Origin: Octopus vulgaris
Lineage: Eukaryota
DNA: 62,000 nt
Reading direction: 5' to 3'
NCBI GenBank assembly: GCA_951406725.2
Contig: OX597825.1
Coordinates: 14,962,001 to 15,024,000 of the forward strand
Part shown: piece by piece, positions 13,398-25,687 of the stretch
Numbering within the stretch: the first letter of the stretch is position 1
Layout: every line of letters starts with the position of its first letter
Notes under the pieces: generated by a model
What the model saw: the letters and a program-made list of their open reading frames with translations, nothing else
Databases searched by the model: none
What the model was told of the DNA's origin: nothing
Program-made: the position numbers and the translations under genes

Positions 13398-16284
13398 CCA
13401 ATATCGTTGACAATTCTTGAAATGAAAAGTTTTATGAAAGAACGAAAATGTAACAGATATTATTAATTTATTAAGTTCATTATAGTTATGTTTTTGCGTT
13501 AATATTTGCACCCTTATAAGTCAGTTGTAAGCTGATATATCACCAAAGAACTCTTATGCACGGGCTTCATGTATGTTTCCATGTCTGTAACTTTACATCT
13601 CCCGTGGGTTTTTCAAATTCACAAGATGGCATTTTGTAATTTGTCTACTATGTGTATTTAGTTAAGGAAACACTTTGAGATTCCATATAATTTATTTCTA
13701 CATTAAATTCACACATAAACATACTTCTGTAAAAAAAGAGAAAAATATCACTAAATATGTATTTAGCTTAAGCATATTCTCCATCTTCACAGCCTGCTCT
13801 ACAGGCATTTTAATTACCAATTAAGTTTATTTTCGAATTCCACAAATCAATTATAACGGTATCATTTGCATGCGTTAGGAATAAATAATACACATTAAAT
13901 TCAATATCAATGCACCACTTATTCTTATAGTCTCTGATACCTGTTCATATTAAACCGCCTTCCGCAGCTAAACATGAATATGTTCACAGTATATAACTAT
14001 ATACAATCCATGCCGTCTCTTTTAACTAAATGTGATGGAAAAAATGTGAATATAATGAAAAAAATAGACATTAAGGGAACACGTTGTAACGCATTCTCTA
14101 AAAAAGTACATCTATTCACAACTCGAAGTCCAGGTCTAAAATATTCAGTTCATTTGCATAATAGACGCAATACGATTATGAATATTAGTGCAGGACTAAT
14201 AACACGCACAATTATCAAGCCATAAAGCAGCAGCTTCCATCCATACCCGCTCTGTATTATCTTCATCTATTAAAATGAAACAGATCGCCAAATGCATTCA
14301 CTCTATAGTTCCACTTAGTAATAGTAGTTCTATAGATAACGAAAGCCCCGTAATTAAACCACAGTAAAATAAACACACCACGCAACACAATGACAATTAC
14401 CACTCATTAATATAATACACTGGATAAAGCTTAAAGCACCGCATGCTCGTCATCTTCTATGCGACGCTGTATCACATCCAATGCACCAGCAACATAACAG
14501 CATTCATATTTACACAAGTAATTTCCTATCAAATAATATTAACATACATAACATCACATACTCCACCAAATCAATCACCGGCATTTAATCACAGAATACA
14601 AATAACTCGCAAATAGAAAATCGCATAAGGAAAACAACTTCCATTTTATGAAGCAGGGTTGACATCTAAGTAATGTCGGTGTGTCTAAGCGACCACGTGA
14701 CTCGCTCGAAATGACAGCTAAATTTCTCTTATATGACAGACTATTGTCTTTAAAAACCACGATAACACTGAGCAATGTTTTACTATATACACAGAGAAGC
14801 GGGATATTGACTGTTGATTATCAGTCATTTGAAGTACTTTTGAACTGGATTTAAATAACAAAACAAGTCAGTTCACATAGGAAATTTTTTGCACAAGGAA
14901 AGGGCGGAACATCAACAGAAAAATCAACAAATGACATCTTGATGCCGTACTTTTCTCAAATAAAGCGCTTCATACGAATACTATGGTACATTTGTAGTTT
15001 ATGCAGATACTTGCATAAGATGTTGCAGAGATGAAAATGCTGATGACGATGATGACAATGCTGATGATGACGTCAGGGAGGATGATAATGAGTAAGAGGA
15101 AGGAAAATATCATGAAAATGATGATAATAATGATAATGATGATGATTGTAACAACCATCATACCAATAAAATGGAAAGGCGGCAGTTAAGATAAGAACAA
15201 AATATAAAACTATGCATTAAAAATGCCGAAAATACAGCAACATTGAATAAGAATAACAATCGGTTTACATCTTCTTTAAGTACATGCGTAAGCCGATATA
15301 TCGCAGCGAACAAAAGCCTACAATTTGAATAGCAGAGCGAGAGTGAAAGAAAGTGGTAATAATCTACAGAAATCGGCCATTTTAATTGATTTCTAAAAAT
15401 CACAAATTTGAGCATAGTATTAATCAATGCTTCTCTGTAAATTAACTCTTTCTAAAGATACGTTACATTCTAAGTTTTCATTTAATTCTGCACGCAGAAT
15501 CTCATTACAACTTTAATTTGAAATTCTAACAGCTTTGTAAATTTTGTACATTTGATCAATTTAATTGCGCTGATAAATGACATCGATATGTGGAGGTAAT
15601 GCATGCGTGGATAATGTCAGTATATGTTTTATAACATTTAATTTAATAATTCTGGCAATTGTGTTTCTATCAAGAATATTTTAGATCCAGTTTCAAGAAA
15701 AATTATACTTAACTTTTGAAATACATTAATATTTAATATTGATTCAAGGCAATATAATATATTCATGGCGGTAAATAATGGTAGCATTTATCATTGAAAT
15801 GAAAAAAGCACAAACGTGCTTTATGTATAAAAGAAACGTATGGAGATGATATTTTACTTGTTCTACATTATTTTATGGAATTTATATTACAAGAATAAAT
15901 TGCTTTTCTTAATTTCTTCTCGTTGTCTCTACTAATTGTTTTCTGTGCGTATAAATTTTAGATTGATGAATTTGCTTTTCGTGTAAATGGATGCGCGCTT
16001 ATATAAAGGAATCGATTGCTCTAGATATTTCGGTTCCTTACGCGTAGGCATAAAAGAATACTCTATATAGATTCATGATGCAAATGCTTCATTCCATATG
16101 CATGTTCCAGAATTTCGTTACTATTTTGGGTAACACTTTTCAAGCCATGTGAGGATGAAGAGAATATTCTTTTCACTGAGCTTATTTGATCAATGTGTTA
16201 GAAGCCAAAACGTTAATATATGCATAAAATTCGATTTAGGGTGAAAGTCAGTGCAACGTAGTCTTGATCAGGGTATTGCTGTAT

Positions 16285-16469
16285 ATACATAGGGAGAATT
16301 CACAAAAAAACAAAACAAAGGATGAAGACAAGTGGTGTAGAAAACAAACAGATGTTTTAGTTTAACGCTCGGGAAGTGAAAAAGTCTTTAACGTTTCGAG
16401 CCTACGCTCTTCAACAGAAAGGAATACAGAAAGAAATAAGGAGAGAAAATAAAGAGAGAAATGTGTGTG

Positions 16470-16470
<1 letters not shown>
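16285..16470 (-). mobile_element. Penelope-type non-autonomous repeat with a minimal hammerhead-like motif (copy 1)
   Basis: About 80% similar by eye to 30105-30290. The minus strand carries CTGTTGA-A-GAGC-GTAG-GCTC-GAAACGTT at 16388-16421. Confidence 0.65.
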
Positions 16471-16541
<71 letters not shown>

Positions 16542-16544
16542 TGC

Positions 16545-16769
16545 GTGTGTTTGTATGTCTTTGTTTGTTCCCCTAGCATTGCTTGACAACCGATGCTGGT
16601 GTGTTTACGACCCCGTTACTTAGCGGTTCGGCAAAAGAGACCGATAGAATAGGTACTGGGCTTACAAAATAATAAGTCCCAGGGTCGAGTTGCTCGATTA
16701 AAGGCGGTGCTCCAGCATGGCCGCAGTCAAATGACTGAAACAAGTAAAAGATTAAAAGAGTAAAAGAGT
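16545..16769 (+). mobile_element. family A SINE, 3' half
   Basis: Runs from the internal microsatellite to the AAAAGAGTAAAAGAG tail. Confidence 0.9.
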
Positions 16770-17303
16770 ATATATATATACATACACATATATATAACTT
16801 TTAAATTTGTTCACGGAAAACGTTTTCCATATGCAAATATGGCTCCTAGGCTATATAGAATAGTGTATGTGTGTGCGCGTCCGTGTAGGCATGCGTACAC
16901 ATTAGTGAAATGAGGGAATATATAGTAAGCGGAACATGAACAAGTATATCACATATAAATTTCGACAATGTAAAGAAATGGATAATGCGTAGAGAAATAA
17001 AATATTATCGTATCACTTAAGAATTATGCACAAATAAAATACACTGAATGAAAAACAAACCCAAGACACAAAGTAACGCTTTAGTTGTATTCTTCAATGT
17101 AAAGAACGTAAAATAATATTGACTTGGGTAAAGAAAACAGGGACGATAGTAAGAGTACAGCTCCTATTTACATAGCACTCACACATACACCTACACATAC
17201 ACACAATATTCAGAATGCATATTTTGCATTATTTATGTCTGGTGCATCAAGGCACTGTAAAGTTAAATCTCCATTCGCGTAATATGCCCTTTAGAATGTA
17301 TTT

Positions 17304-17720
17304 AAGTTGCCGAGCTGGCAGAAACGTTAGCACGCCGGGCGAGATGCTTAGCTGTATTTCGTCTGTCGTTACGTTCTGAGTTCAAATTCCGCCGAGGTAG
17401 ACTTTGCCTTTCATCCTTTCGAGATCGATAAATTAAGTACCAGTTACGCAGTGGGGTCGATTTAATCGGCTTAATCCGTTTGTCTGTCCCTGTTTGCCCT
17501 CTCTGTGTTCAGCCCCTTGTGGGTAATAAAGAAATAGGTATATCGTCTGCCGTTACGTTCTGAGTTTGAATTCCACCGAGGTCGACTTTGCCTTTCATCC
17601 TTTCGGGGTCGATAAATTAAGTACCAGTTACGCACTGGGATCGATGTAAGCGACTTAATCTCTTCGTCTGTCCTTGTTTGCCCCCTCTATGTTTAGCTCC
17701 TTGTGGGAAATAAAGAAATA
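17304..17720 (+). mobile_element. family B SINE head-to-tail dimer
   Basis: Full unit 17304-17536, then a second unit starting internally at GGTATATCGTCTGCCGTTACG and ending AAAGAAATA at 17720. Confidence 0.9.
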
Positions 17721-19474
17721 AGAGTGTATTTTGATGCTGATATACACTCTTGTTATAAATATATTGCTCATATCTACATTATGCTGCTGGCATCGGGCAA
17801 TTACTGATTAATTTGATTTATTTAAATTTCTATGATGTACCCAAGTTGTATTGTATGTTATACGTTTATATACACCCGCTCATGTCTTATGCTATGTAGT
17901 CATTAAAGTCATTATTATATTAAGGGGTTTTCATTAGGTTCCTAAACCTTATCAGTTAGATTCCCAAATAGCACCATGTTTTAAAACGGCCGGTATTCAG
18001 ATATATTTTCAAACAGTCAATTAGAATAGGCGAGTCTTGCTTTGAGCATTGTTACTACGAGAGAAAAGTTAGGAATTGAATCACGAATGCACTACTCTAG
18101 GCAGAATATTATTGTTCAAAACCTGCAGGCAAAAAGATAAATAGCCTGACTTATTCATCTCCATTTCAAGCATTTTGAATGTGTATTCCATAATTGATGT
18201 TTTAAAAGAGAAACTTCGCCAAAGTTATAACTGCAAACTTGGCTAAAGTCAGTGGATAGTCGTAAAAAGAAATAATGATATATGGATATATATTATAGAA
18301 GAATCGAAATTTTACTTTTGCTAAACCTCAAAGGTCATTTATCTATGGTCAAATTTTACACTTACCGATTTTATGCAATGCTAAGAAGAATTTGAAAGAG
18401 CATAAGAATATTTTATTACATGTCTTTTTGTCGAATCATCAATACTTCATTTTCATTCTCAATTCTCTCAGTTCAAAAGTTGAAGTGAGGGATAATTTAA
18501 TTTAATTTATTTCGCAGACAACTGAAATTTCTCTGTCAAAGATTCATTGGCTTTTGATGTTTGCAAATCGACTGAAGACATTATAAGTGAGTGTATTAGT
18601 TCATAACCTTTGGTTTACAGCAATATCTGGGGTTAAGTTTGAATATATACAGGAAACAAATTCTCCTGTTGTTGGAAGCCAAAGGAACAATACTGAAATA
18701 AAATAGAAAGAGGGGAGTGAGCAAAGAAGATGAAGGCAAACGAATTGCTGAACTAAGATAGAATAGAGAGAGATGCTTGAGAAGTGTGTGAATTACGTGA
18801 GATAAATAAACATAGGAAATAGGAATACAAGGCTGAGAAAAATAACAAAACGAAGTGATAAGGAGGGGAAACAAGTTACGAACAATATATACAAACATGA
18901 ATCATGGCCAAATGTAGGATAATGGAATGAATAAACGTGCAAGTACATGCATTGGGATATAATTGCAACACACCATTAATGGATAAATATTCGATGAAAC
19001 AATGTTCAGCATCACAAAAGTTTAAGGTTTAAAGCTTGTAACAACCTACAAAATAAAAACAAATCTCCATGTTATCATAACCGATGTGAATATTACTGAA
19101 ATCTTATTCCACGTGACCAAAATTTAACGAAATGTCAAGAGAGCCGTCATCCATTACAACAGTTCAGCCATGATTGTAACACATGCAGTCAGAATTATTG
19201 TTATTCCCATCATAGAAAACCATCATCGCCTCTTCTATATCTGATCGTAAGATCTCTATTAATCTGTAGATAAAACGTAACATTAACAACGCCGGCAAGG
19301 TAGCTCACCAATGCAAAAAGCTTTTTAGTCACTGTTAGTACCAGTATTGCCGCCATTATTCGAGGCCACATTATTATCAAATACCCCGTCATCCAAACAG
19401 CAGAAGCACCAGTATATGTACCATTAAGATTTAGCGTAGCAGCCAGAGTAACAGCAGCAGCGACACGCGCAACC

Positions 19475-19503
19475 ATGACAGCAGCAGCCACAGCAGCAGC
19501 AGC

Positions 19504-19559
<56 letters not shown>

Positions 19560-19605
19560 TAGTAATAATAGCAGCAGCAGCAGCAGTAGTAGTAGCAGTA
19601 ATAAT

Positions 19606-19640
<35 letters not shown>

Positions 19641-19641
19641 T

Positions 19642-19675
<34 letters not shown>

Positions 19676-19689
19676 ATAATAGCAGCAGT

Positions 19690-19721
<32 letters not shown>

Positions 19722-19782
19722 TAGTAGTAGTAATAATAGCAGGAGTAGCAGCAGTAGTAGTAGTAGTAATAATAGCAGCAGT

Positions 19783-19814
<32 letters not shown>

Positions 19815-19836
19815 TAGTAGTAATAATAGCAGCAGT

Positions 19837-19868
<32 letters not shown>

Positions 19869-19917
19869 TAGTAGTAGCAGTAATAATAGCAGCAGAAGTA
19901 GTAGTAGTAGTAGTAGT

Positions 19918-19951
<34 letters not shown>

Positions 19952-19965
19952 ATAATAGCAGCAGT

Positions 19966-20014
<49 letters not shown>

Positions 20015-20043
20015 ATAATAGCAGGAGTAGCAGTAGTAATAAT

Positions 20044-20089
<46 letters not shown>

Positions 20090-20094
20090 ATAAT

Positions 20095-20126
<32 letters not shown>

Positions 20127-20205
20127 TAGTAGTAGTATCAGCAGCAGTAGTAGTAGTAGCAGCAGCAGTAGTAGTAGTAGCAGCAGCAGTAGTAGTAGTA
20201 ATAAT

Positions 20206-20254
<49 letters not shown>

Positions 20255-20259
20255 ATAAT

Positions 20260-20305
<46 letters not shown>

Positions 20306-20502
20306 TCAGCAGCAGTATCAGTAGCAGTAGTAGTAGTAATAATAGCAGCAGCAGTAGTAGTAGTAGCAGCAGCAGTAGCAGTAGTAGTAGTAATAATAGC
20401 AGCAGCAGCAGTAGTAGTAGTAGTAGTAGTAGCAGCAGTAGTAGCAGTAGTAGTAGTAATAATAGCAGCAGCAGTAGTAGTAGTAGTAGTAGTAGTAGCA
20501 GC

Positions 20503-20551
<49 letters not shown>

Positions 20552-20604
20552 TCAGCAGCAGTATCAGTAGTAGTAGTAGTAGTAGTAGCAGCAGCAGCAG
20601 CAGT
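19475..20604. repeat. 1.1-kb composite (GTA/GCA/ATA)n trinucleotide array
   Basis: Direct reading; variant triplets recur (GCAGGAG at 19739 and 20021; GTATCAGCAGCAGTATCAGTA at 20303 and 20549). Confidence 0.95.
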
Positions 20605-21323
20605 ATAATTGGTATTGTCTTAGTCATGGCCAACACTATGATTGTTGTCAATATTTATATGACTTCCCAGGAAACATTAAAACCTGTTTGAAAGCACCGG
20701 CGATACTAAATGTCAGAGGGAAACACTTTGAAGTGGGATTTACGACTATTGTGTTCGAAATGGTCGAACGCATTAAAATCACGCTCCAGCAAATCTCACG
20801 GCGCCATATAGCGATGACAATTCGCTTCATTTATTTGTAATAAACAGTCAATTTTATAACAATTAAGTCTTTAAAATTTTTATAACTGTTAACACTAGAC
20901 AGACGATCGTATATCACGGCAGCAAAATCCGAAATCTGAAAATCAGGTTCCTTATTGAAGGGAAGAAGATATCGTATAGATTTGCTCTATAGCGTCTCCA
21001 CTATAGAAAATCGGAAAGCGTTTTTATATAAGCCATTTACTTCGCATTATTTTCTAACAGAAAATGTGACCGAGTTATGAAAATTAATTGAAAAATAAAC
21101 TGTTGAAACAAGCAGTTCAAATAAGCAGTTCAATATCATCCTACCTCAAGGGAGTTATTACCTCTTATAAGTTATTACCTCTTCAAAAACAAAATAATGA
21201 AAATAGCAATTGGACGGTTAATGTCTGTGTTATAAGAGGAAGGGATTTTTATTTTATCGTGTATGAAGTATAGTGGGATATCGTTAAATGTATAGGCGTT
21301 CGTAAATCATTATACAAATGTTG

Positions 21324-21384
<61 letters not shown>

Positions 21385-21405
21385 GTATATATATATGTAT
21401 ATATA

Positions 21406-21439
<34 letters not shown>

Positions 21440-21443
<4 letters not shown>

Positions 21444-21960
21444 GGAGTGCTACTGGTAACATGCAATCCAGTACAACCTGTTGCATAGTCGGGTCGTCGT
21501 CGAATAAACCGGCAAACCCACCAAGCTTGCTTGGTCAGGAGGGTGTTTATTGGACACCCTGCGGAATGAAAAACAAAACCCGTCAAAGGGTGGAGGAACT
21601 CTTGAGAGTCAACGGCCATCCAATAAATGTCTTACGGTGGTACCATGCGCGGGGACATAGAAATAATCGGACTGAATACCCGATCGCGCGGTTAAACCAT
21701 TGGGAGTGAAGGACTCCTAGCCTTTGTTAGGGCATCCTTCTAGGAGAAGGTAACTCAGATAACTGGGATAACTCTGACATAAAACATGCGGCCCAGTGGT
21801 TATCGATGATGTTAACTTGTTCTTCTTTTCGGATTATGGCTGCTGTTGTTTAGTGAGTGGGATTGACTCAGTGCACAGCCTTTCCTCACTTCAAAAATAA
21901 ACTTCTTGCACAGGCATTGCACGATAACAACATTGATTAAGATTTGCGCAATGGCCATAC
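21440..21960 (+). mobile_element. non-LTR retrotransposon 5'-UTR-like fragment (RTE-like, tentative)
   Basis: GC-richer block between microsatellites containing TTAGGGCATCCTTCTAGGAGAAGGTAACTC, which resembles the motif I recall from RTE 5' UTRs. No ORF support. Confidence 0.35.
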
Positions 21961-21994
21961 TCGATAACGAGGGTGCAGCTACCATATATATATC

Positions 21995-22198
21995 CTCTTA
22001 TCTTTTACTTGTTTCAGACGTTTGAATCTGCCGATGCTGGGGCAGTGATTTTAATCGCAGAAATCGACCTCAGGACTTAAGTTTGTAAGCTTAGTACTTA
22101 TTCTATCAGACTGTTTTGACAAGCCGCTAAGTTACAGGGACGTAAACGCACCAACATCAGTTGTCAAGCGATGGTAGGGGGGGATACACAGAAAGGAA

Positions 22199-22241
<43 letters not shown>

Positions 22242-22279
22242 CGACAGGCTTCTTTCTGTTTCCATCTACCAAATCCACT
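21995..22279 (-). mobile_element. diverged, 5'-truncated family A SINE
   Basis: Tail, internal (TA)n and GGCTTCTTTCTGTTTCCATCTACCAAATCCAC are present; the head is missing where the Penelope fragment begins. Confidence 0.8.
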
Positions 22280-22740
22280 GGATCATAAAGAGCAAAAGGC
22301 AGCCCAAATCAATGAAAAGTCTTCAACTGCAGGTCAACAACATCGAAACCGACAGTAAAATAATGGGGTAAACCTAACTGTGACATATGTGTCAAACTCA
22401 TTGAGGTATCGGAATTCTCCTTGAAACAGGGTCAACGTTTTGCAATGAATAACAACTTCACATATGCATTGGAAAACCTAATATATGTACTAACTTGCTC
22501 AAGATGTCGAGAACGATATATTGGTCGAACTAAAAACAGTATACGCCAGAGGATGACGGTATATAGAACCCACATTAAAATACAGGAATACAGAAAAATA
22601 GGATTAAGCGACCACATGGATATTTGCGCCACAAACGAAATATCGAACTTAAGAGTTTTCCCCTCTATAAATTCAGGGACCGTGCAATCATTAATCTGAG
22701 CATTAACAATTCAGCATATTTCATCGCAAAATATAAATCT
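22280..22740 (+). mobile_element. Penelope-like element fragment: linker plus GIY-YIG endonuclease (pseudogene)
   Basis: IIKSKRQPKS, then KPNCDIC (CxxC linker), then ENLIYVLTCSRCRERYIGRTKNSIRQRM...LSDHMDIC, the typical PLE GIY-YIG (LIY-x-CxxC-x-YIG) signature. Frameshifted. Confidence 0.85.
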
Positions 22741-23248
22741 ATTTTGAATGCTTCCGTCACAGCTGAAGCTACTACAAGAATTTAGAACAATTCCAACCAT
22801 TACAGCTACGACTAGAACAGGTCACTTTTAGGCCATTTGACCATTAAAGAAGATTCCACGAACAATATATTGTTTCACACCACTCCTGTATTTTCTTTTC
22901 TTTCTCCTTCTTCTTGTTTCCTTACTCTTACTTCTACATCTCCTTCTTCTTCTCCTCCACTTCCTCCTCTTTCTTCTTCTTCTTCCTGTTCTTCTTCTCC
23001 CCTCTCAGCTATTCCTGCCTAAACCATCAACTCTCTGTACTCATAAAACTATTTACATAAAACTGTTCACAAAAGAAGAGAAAGAGAGACAGATATTTGA
23101 AGATTATGAAAATATTTACAAAGCATTTCACTGAATTGTTTTTTTTCGTATTTTATCCTTAGCTGAAAAATCTAAGTGGGAAACCGGTACTAAAAGGTAC
23201 TTCCTGACAAAATTATTTTATAAACATCTTCTACGCTACAACTGTTTA

Positions 23249-23283
<35 letters not shown>

Positions 23284-23301
23284 CTTATTATATATATATA
23301 T

Positions 23302-23373
<72 letters not shown>

Positions 23374-23965
23374 TGGAATTATGTATGTGTGTGCGTACGC
23401 GTGTGCGCCTATCTCAGATGCGTGAGCGTCCTGGTGTTTTATTTTACACTACTCTTCAGAGCAAGAAATAGAAGGTAAAATGAACTTAAAATGACACCTA
23501 GCTTAAAGTACTTAGGTGTCTATTTTTCAGTTAGAGCGATTGGTTAATTCCTCTTTAGTACACTAAATGCTCAGTAATGTTAGGGAATATGATATATGTT
23601 TCTTCTTTTGTTTCTTCACTTCGAATACATATTATCGGATTTTGCTGTCAACTTCGTACGTTTGTCATTCAATTTGATAATTCGGTCATTTAAAGTCGCG
23701 AAAAATGTTAGCGCCGTGAAGTTACCCATTCGAATTCGTTTTAAGATTATTCAAGTTCGCGCTTCCATCAAAGCATATGGCATTGACATCATTCAAATTA
23801 AAATGCCCGTCGAGAGCATTCAAATTATTCACAGTGCATGGAAGCGTCTTTTCGGGCAATGAAATTCGCACGTAACCATTCGAGTTCGGAATAAATTGAT
23901 CAGTTTAGCAGTAACTTTACATGTGTAATTTATCTCATATTTTAAGAAGTGAATATTAACAATGA

Positions 23966-24288
23966 GAAGGCGCATGGCTTAGTGGTTAGGGCATTCGGCT
24001 GACGATTGTAAGGTCAGGAGTTCGATTCCCGGCGATGCGTTGTGTCCTTGAGCAAGACACTTTATTTCACGTTGCTCCAGTTCCACTCAGCTGGCAAAAA
24101 TGAGTTGTACCTGTTTCAAAGGGCCGGCATTGTCACACTTTATGTCACGCTGAATCTCCCTGAGAACTACGTTAAGGGTACTCGTGTCTGTGGATTGCTC
24201 GGTCACTTGCACGTTAATTCCACGAGCAAGCAGTTCCGTTGATCGTTTCAGCTGGGACCCTCGTCGTCGTAACCGACGGAGTGCTCCT
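23966..24288 (+). mobile_element. family C SINE (Meta/V-like central block) with a 12-bp TSD
   Basis: A box TGGCTTAGTGG, B box GAGTTCGATTCCC, GTGTCCTTGAGCAAGACAC core. TSD TATTAACAATGA at 23954-23965 and 24289-24300. Confidence 0.9.
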
Positions 24289-24984
24289 TATTAACAATGA
24301 CAAATTTAAGTGGCATATATTGTCAAGTAAATAATATACTTCGTAATGGGGCAGCAGTTGTATGATATTTTTATCGAACATCCATAAAAAATCTTCGTTT
24401 AGTTATGGTTCACAGGAAAATGTTGATGCAATAATGTCACGAATTACTTGCCTACGTTAATCTTAAGATTTAAGAGAAATGGAAGTCGGAACTAATAGTT
24501 TAGCCACATCTAGTTTTAGATTCCATATTTTTTAATTGGAGGTTTCTAAGATACAGTATCTTCAAAGCAGTTGTTAGCTTGGGCTTTGTTATAGTTAGGG
24601 ACTGCTTTATCAAATGTTTCCTTTGAAGTGGAGTGATTAGATATTCTTTCATTAATGTTGGCTATCAGGTTTTTAAACATTATAGTGGGTAGACAGATCT
24701 GCTTGTGTATATATGTGTGTTTCTCATCTGGTTATTGACAGGAATGCGAGATCAAGACTCGTGGAACGCCATAGAAATCAATCTTGGACTGATTAGTGGT
24801 TATAGAAATGTTGAATCCTAATTGGTTATCGTGTTGTCACGGCATGAAACTATTGTTAGCTATTCTTTAAATACTGTGTATAATTAATTATATGATACTA
24901 CAAATAACCGAACAGAAGACTGCATATATAGACAGGTATATGTATATATATAAGTATATGTATATATATATATTCTTTCTTTCT

Positions 24985-25392
24985 TTTGCTTGTTTCAGTC
25001 ATTTGACTGCGGCCATGCTGGAGCACCGCCTTTAGTCGAGGAGCAAATCGATCCCGGGACTTATTCTTTTGTCAGGCCAGTACTTATTCTATCGGTCTCT
25101 TTTGCCGAACCGCTAAGTGACGGGGACATAAACACACCAGCATCGGTTGTCAAGCAATGCTAGGGGGACAAACATATACACACAAACATATACACACACA
25201 CTTATATATATATATATATATATATACATATATACGACAGGCTTCTTTCAGTTTCCGTCTACCAAATCCACTCACAAGGCATTGGTCGGCCCGGGGCTAT
25301 AGCAGAAGACACTTGCCCAAGATGCCACGCAGTGGGACTGAACCCGGAACCATGTGGTTGGTTAGCAAGCTACTTACCACACCGCCACTCCT
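24985..25392 (-). mobile_element. family A SINE, full length
   Basis: Near-identical to 13-418 and 52499-52908. Confidence 0.92.
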
Positions 25393-25458
25393 AATATTTG
25401 GGAGTAAATCCAAACTTACAGGGAAAAATTAGATTTAGGATTAAATCTAATTTTATAG

Positions 25459-25525
<67 letters not shown>

Positions 25526-25531
<6 letters not shown>

Positions 25532-25687
25532 TTAGAGATAAAACCACTATTAGGCAAATCAAACAGTGAAAATCATAAACAATGCATAGAAATAAAATTA
25601 ATTAATAAAAAAATTTTTATTTCTATGTATTGGTTTATGATTTTCACTGTTTGATTTGCCTAATAGTGGTTTTATCTCTAATTTAAT
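25526..25687. mobile_element. fold-back element embedded in (TA)n
   Basis: Inverted arms of about 72 bp (one mismatch, one indel) with a 17-bp AT spacer; TA-rich tracts on both sides. Confidence 0.8.

Noticed and set aside
14100-14800. Repeat-free stretch with an E-box (CACGTG at about 14695) and a 38-codon hydrophobic minus-strand ORF
   Set aside because: A single hexamer and a short ORF are expected by chance; no promoter or exon evidence from sequence alone.
18518-18586. 69-nt plus-strand segment between TTTCGCAG and GTGAGT
   Set aside because: All three phases contain a stop codon; no other support.
18596-19491. Hydrophobic minus-strand ORFs that look GPCR-like
   Set aside because: Hydrophobicity follows from the A/G-rich plus strand; multiple stops and no DRY or NPxxY in register.
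19431-20651. 406-aa poly-Leu and 377-aa poly-Ala/Val ORFs; Thr/Ala frame resembling a mucin or antifreeze glycoprotein
   Set aside because: A trivial result of a triplet array lacking stops in five frames; no regular Thr-Ala-Ala periodicity, start context or signal peptide.
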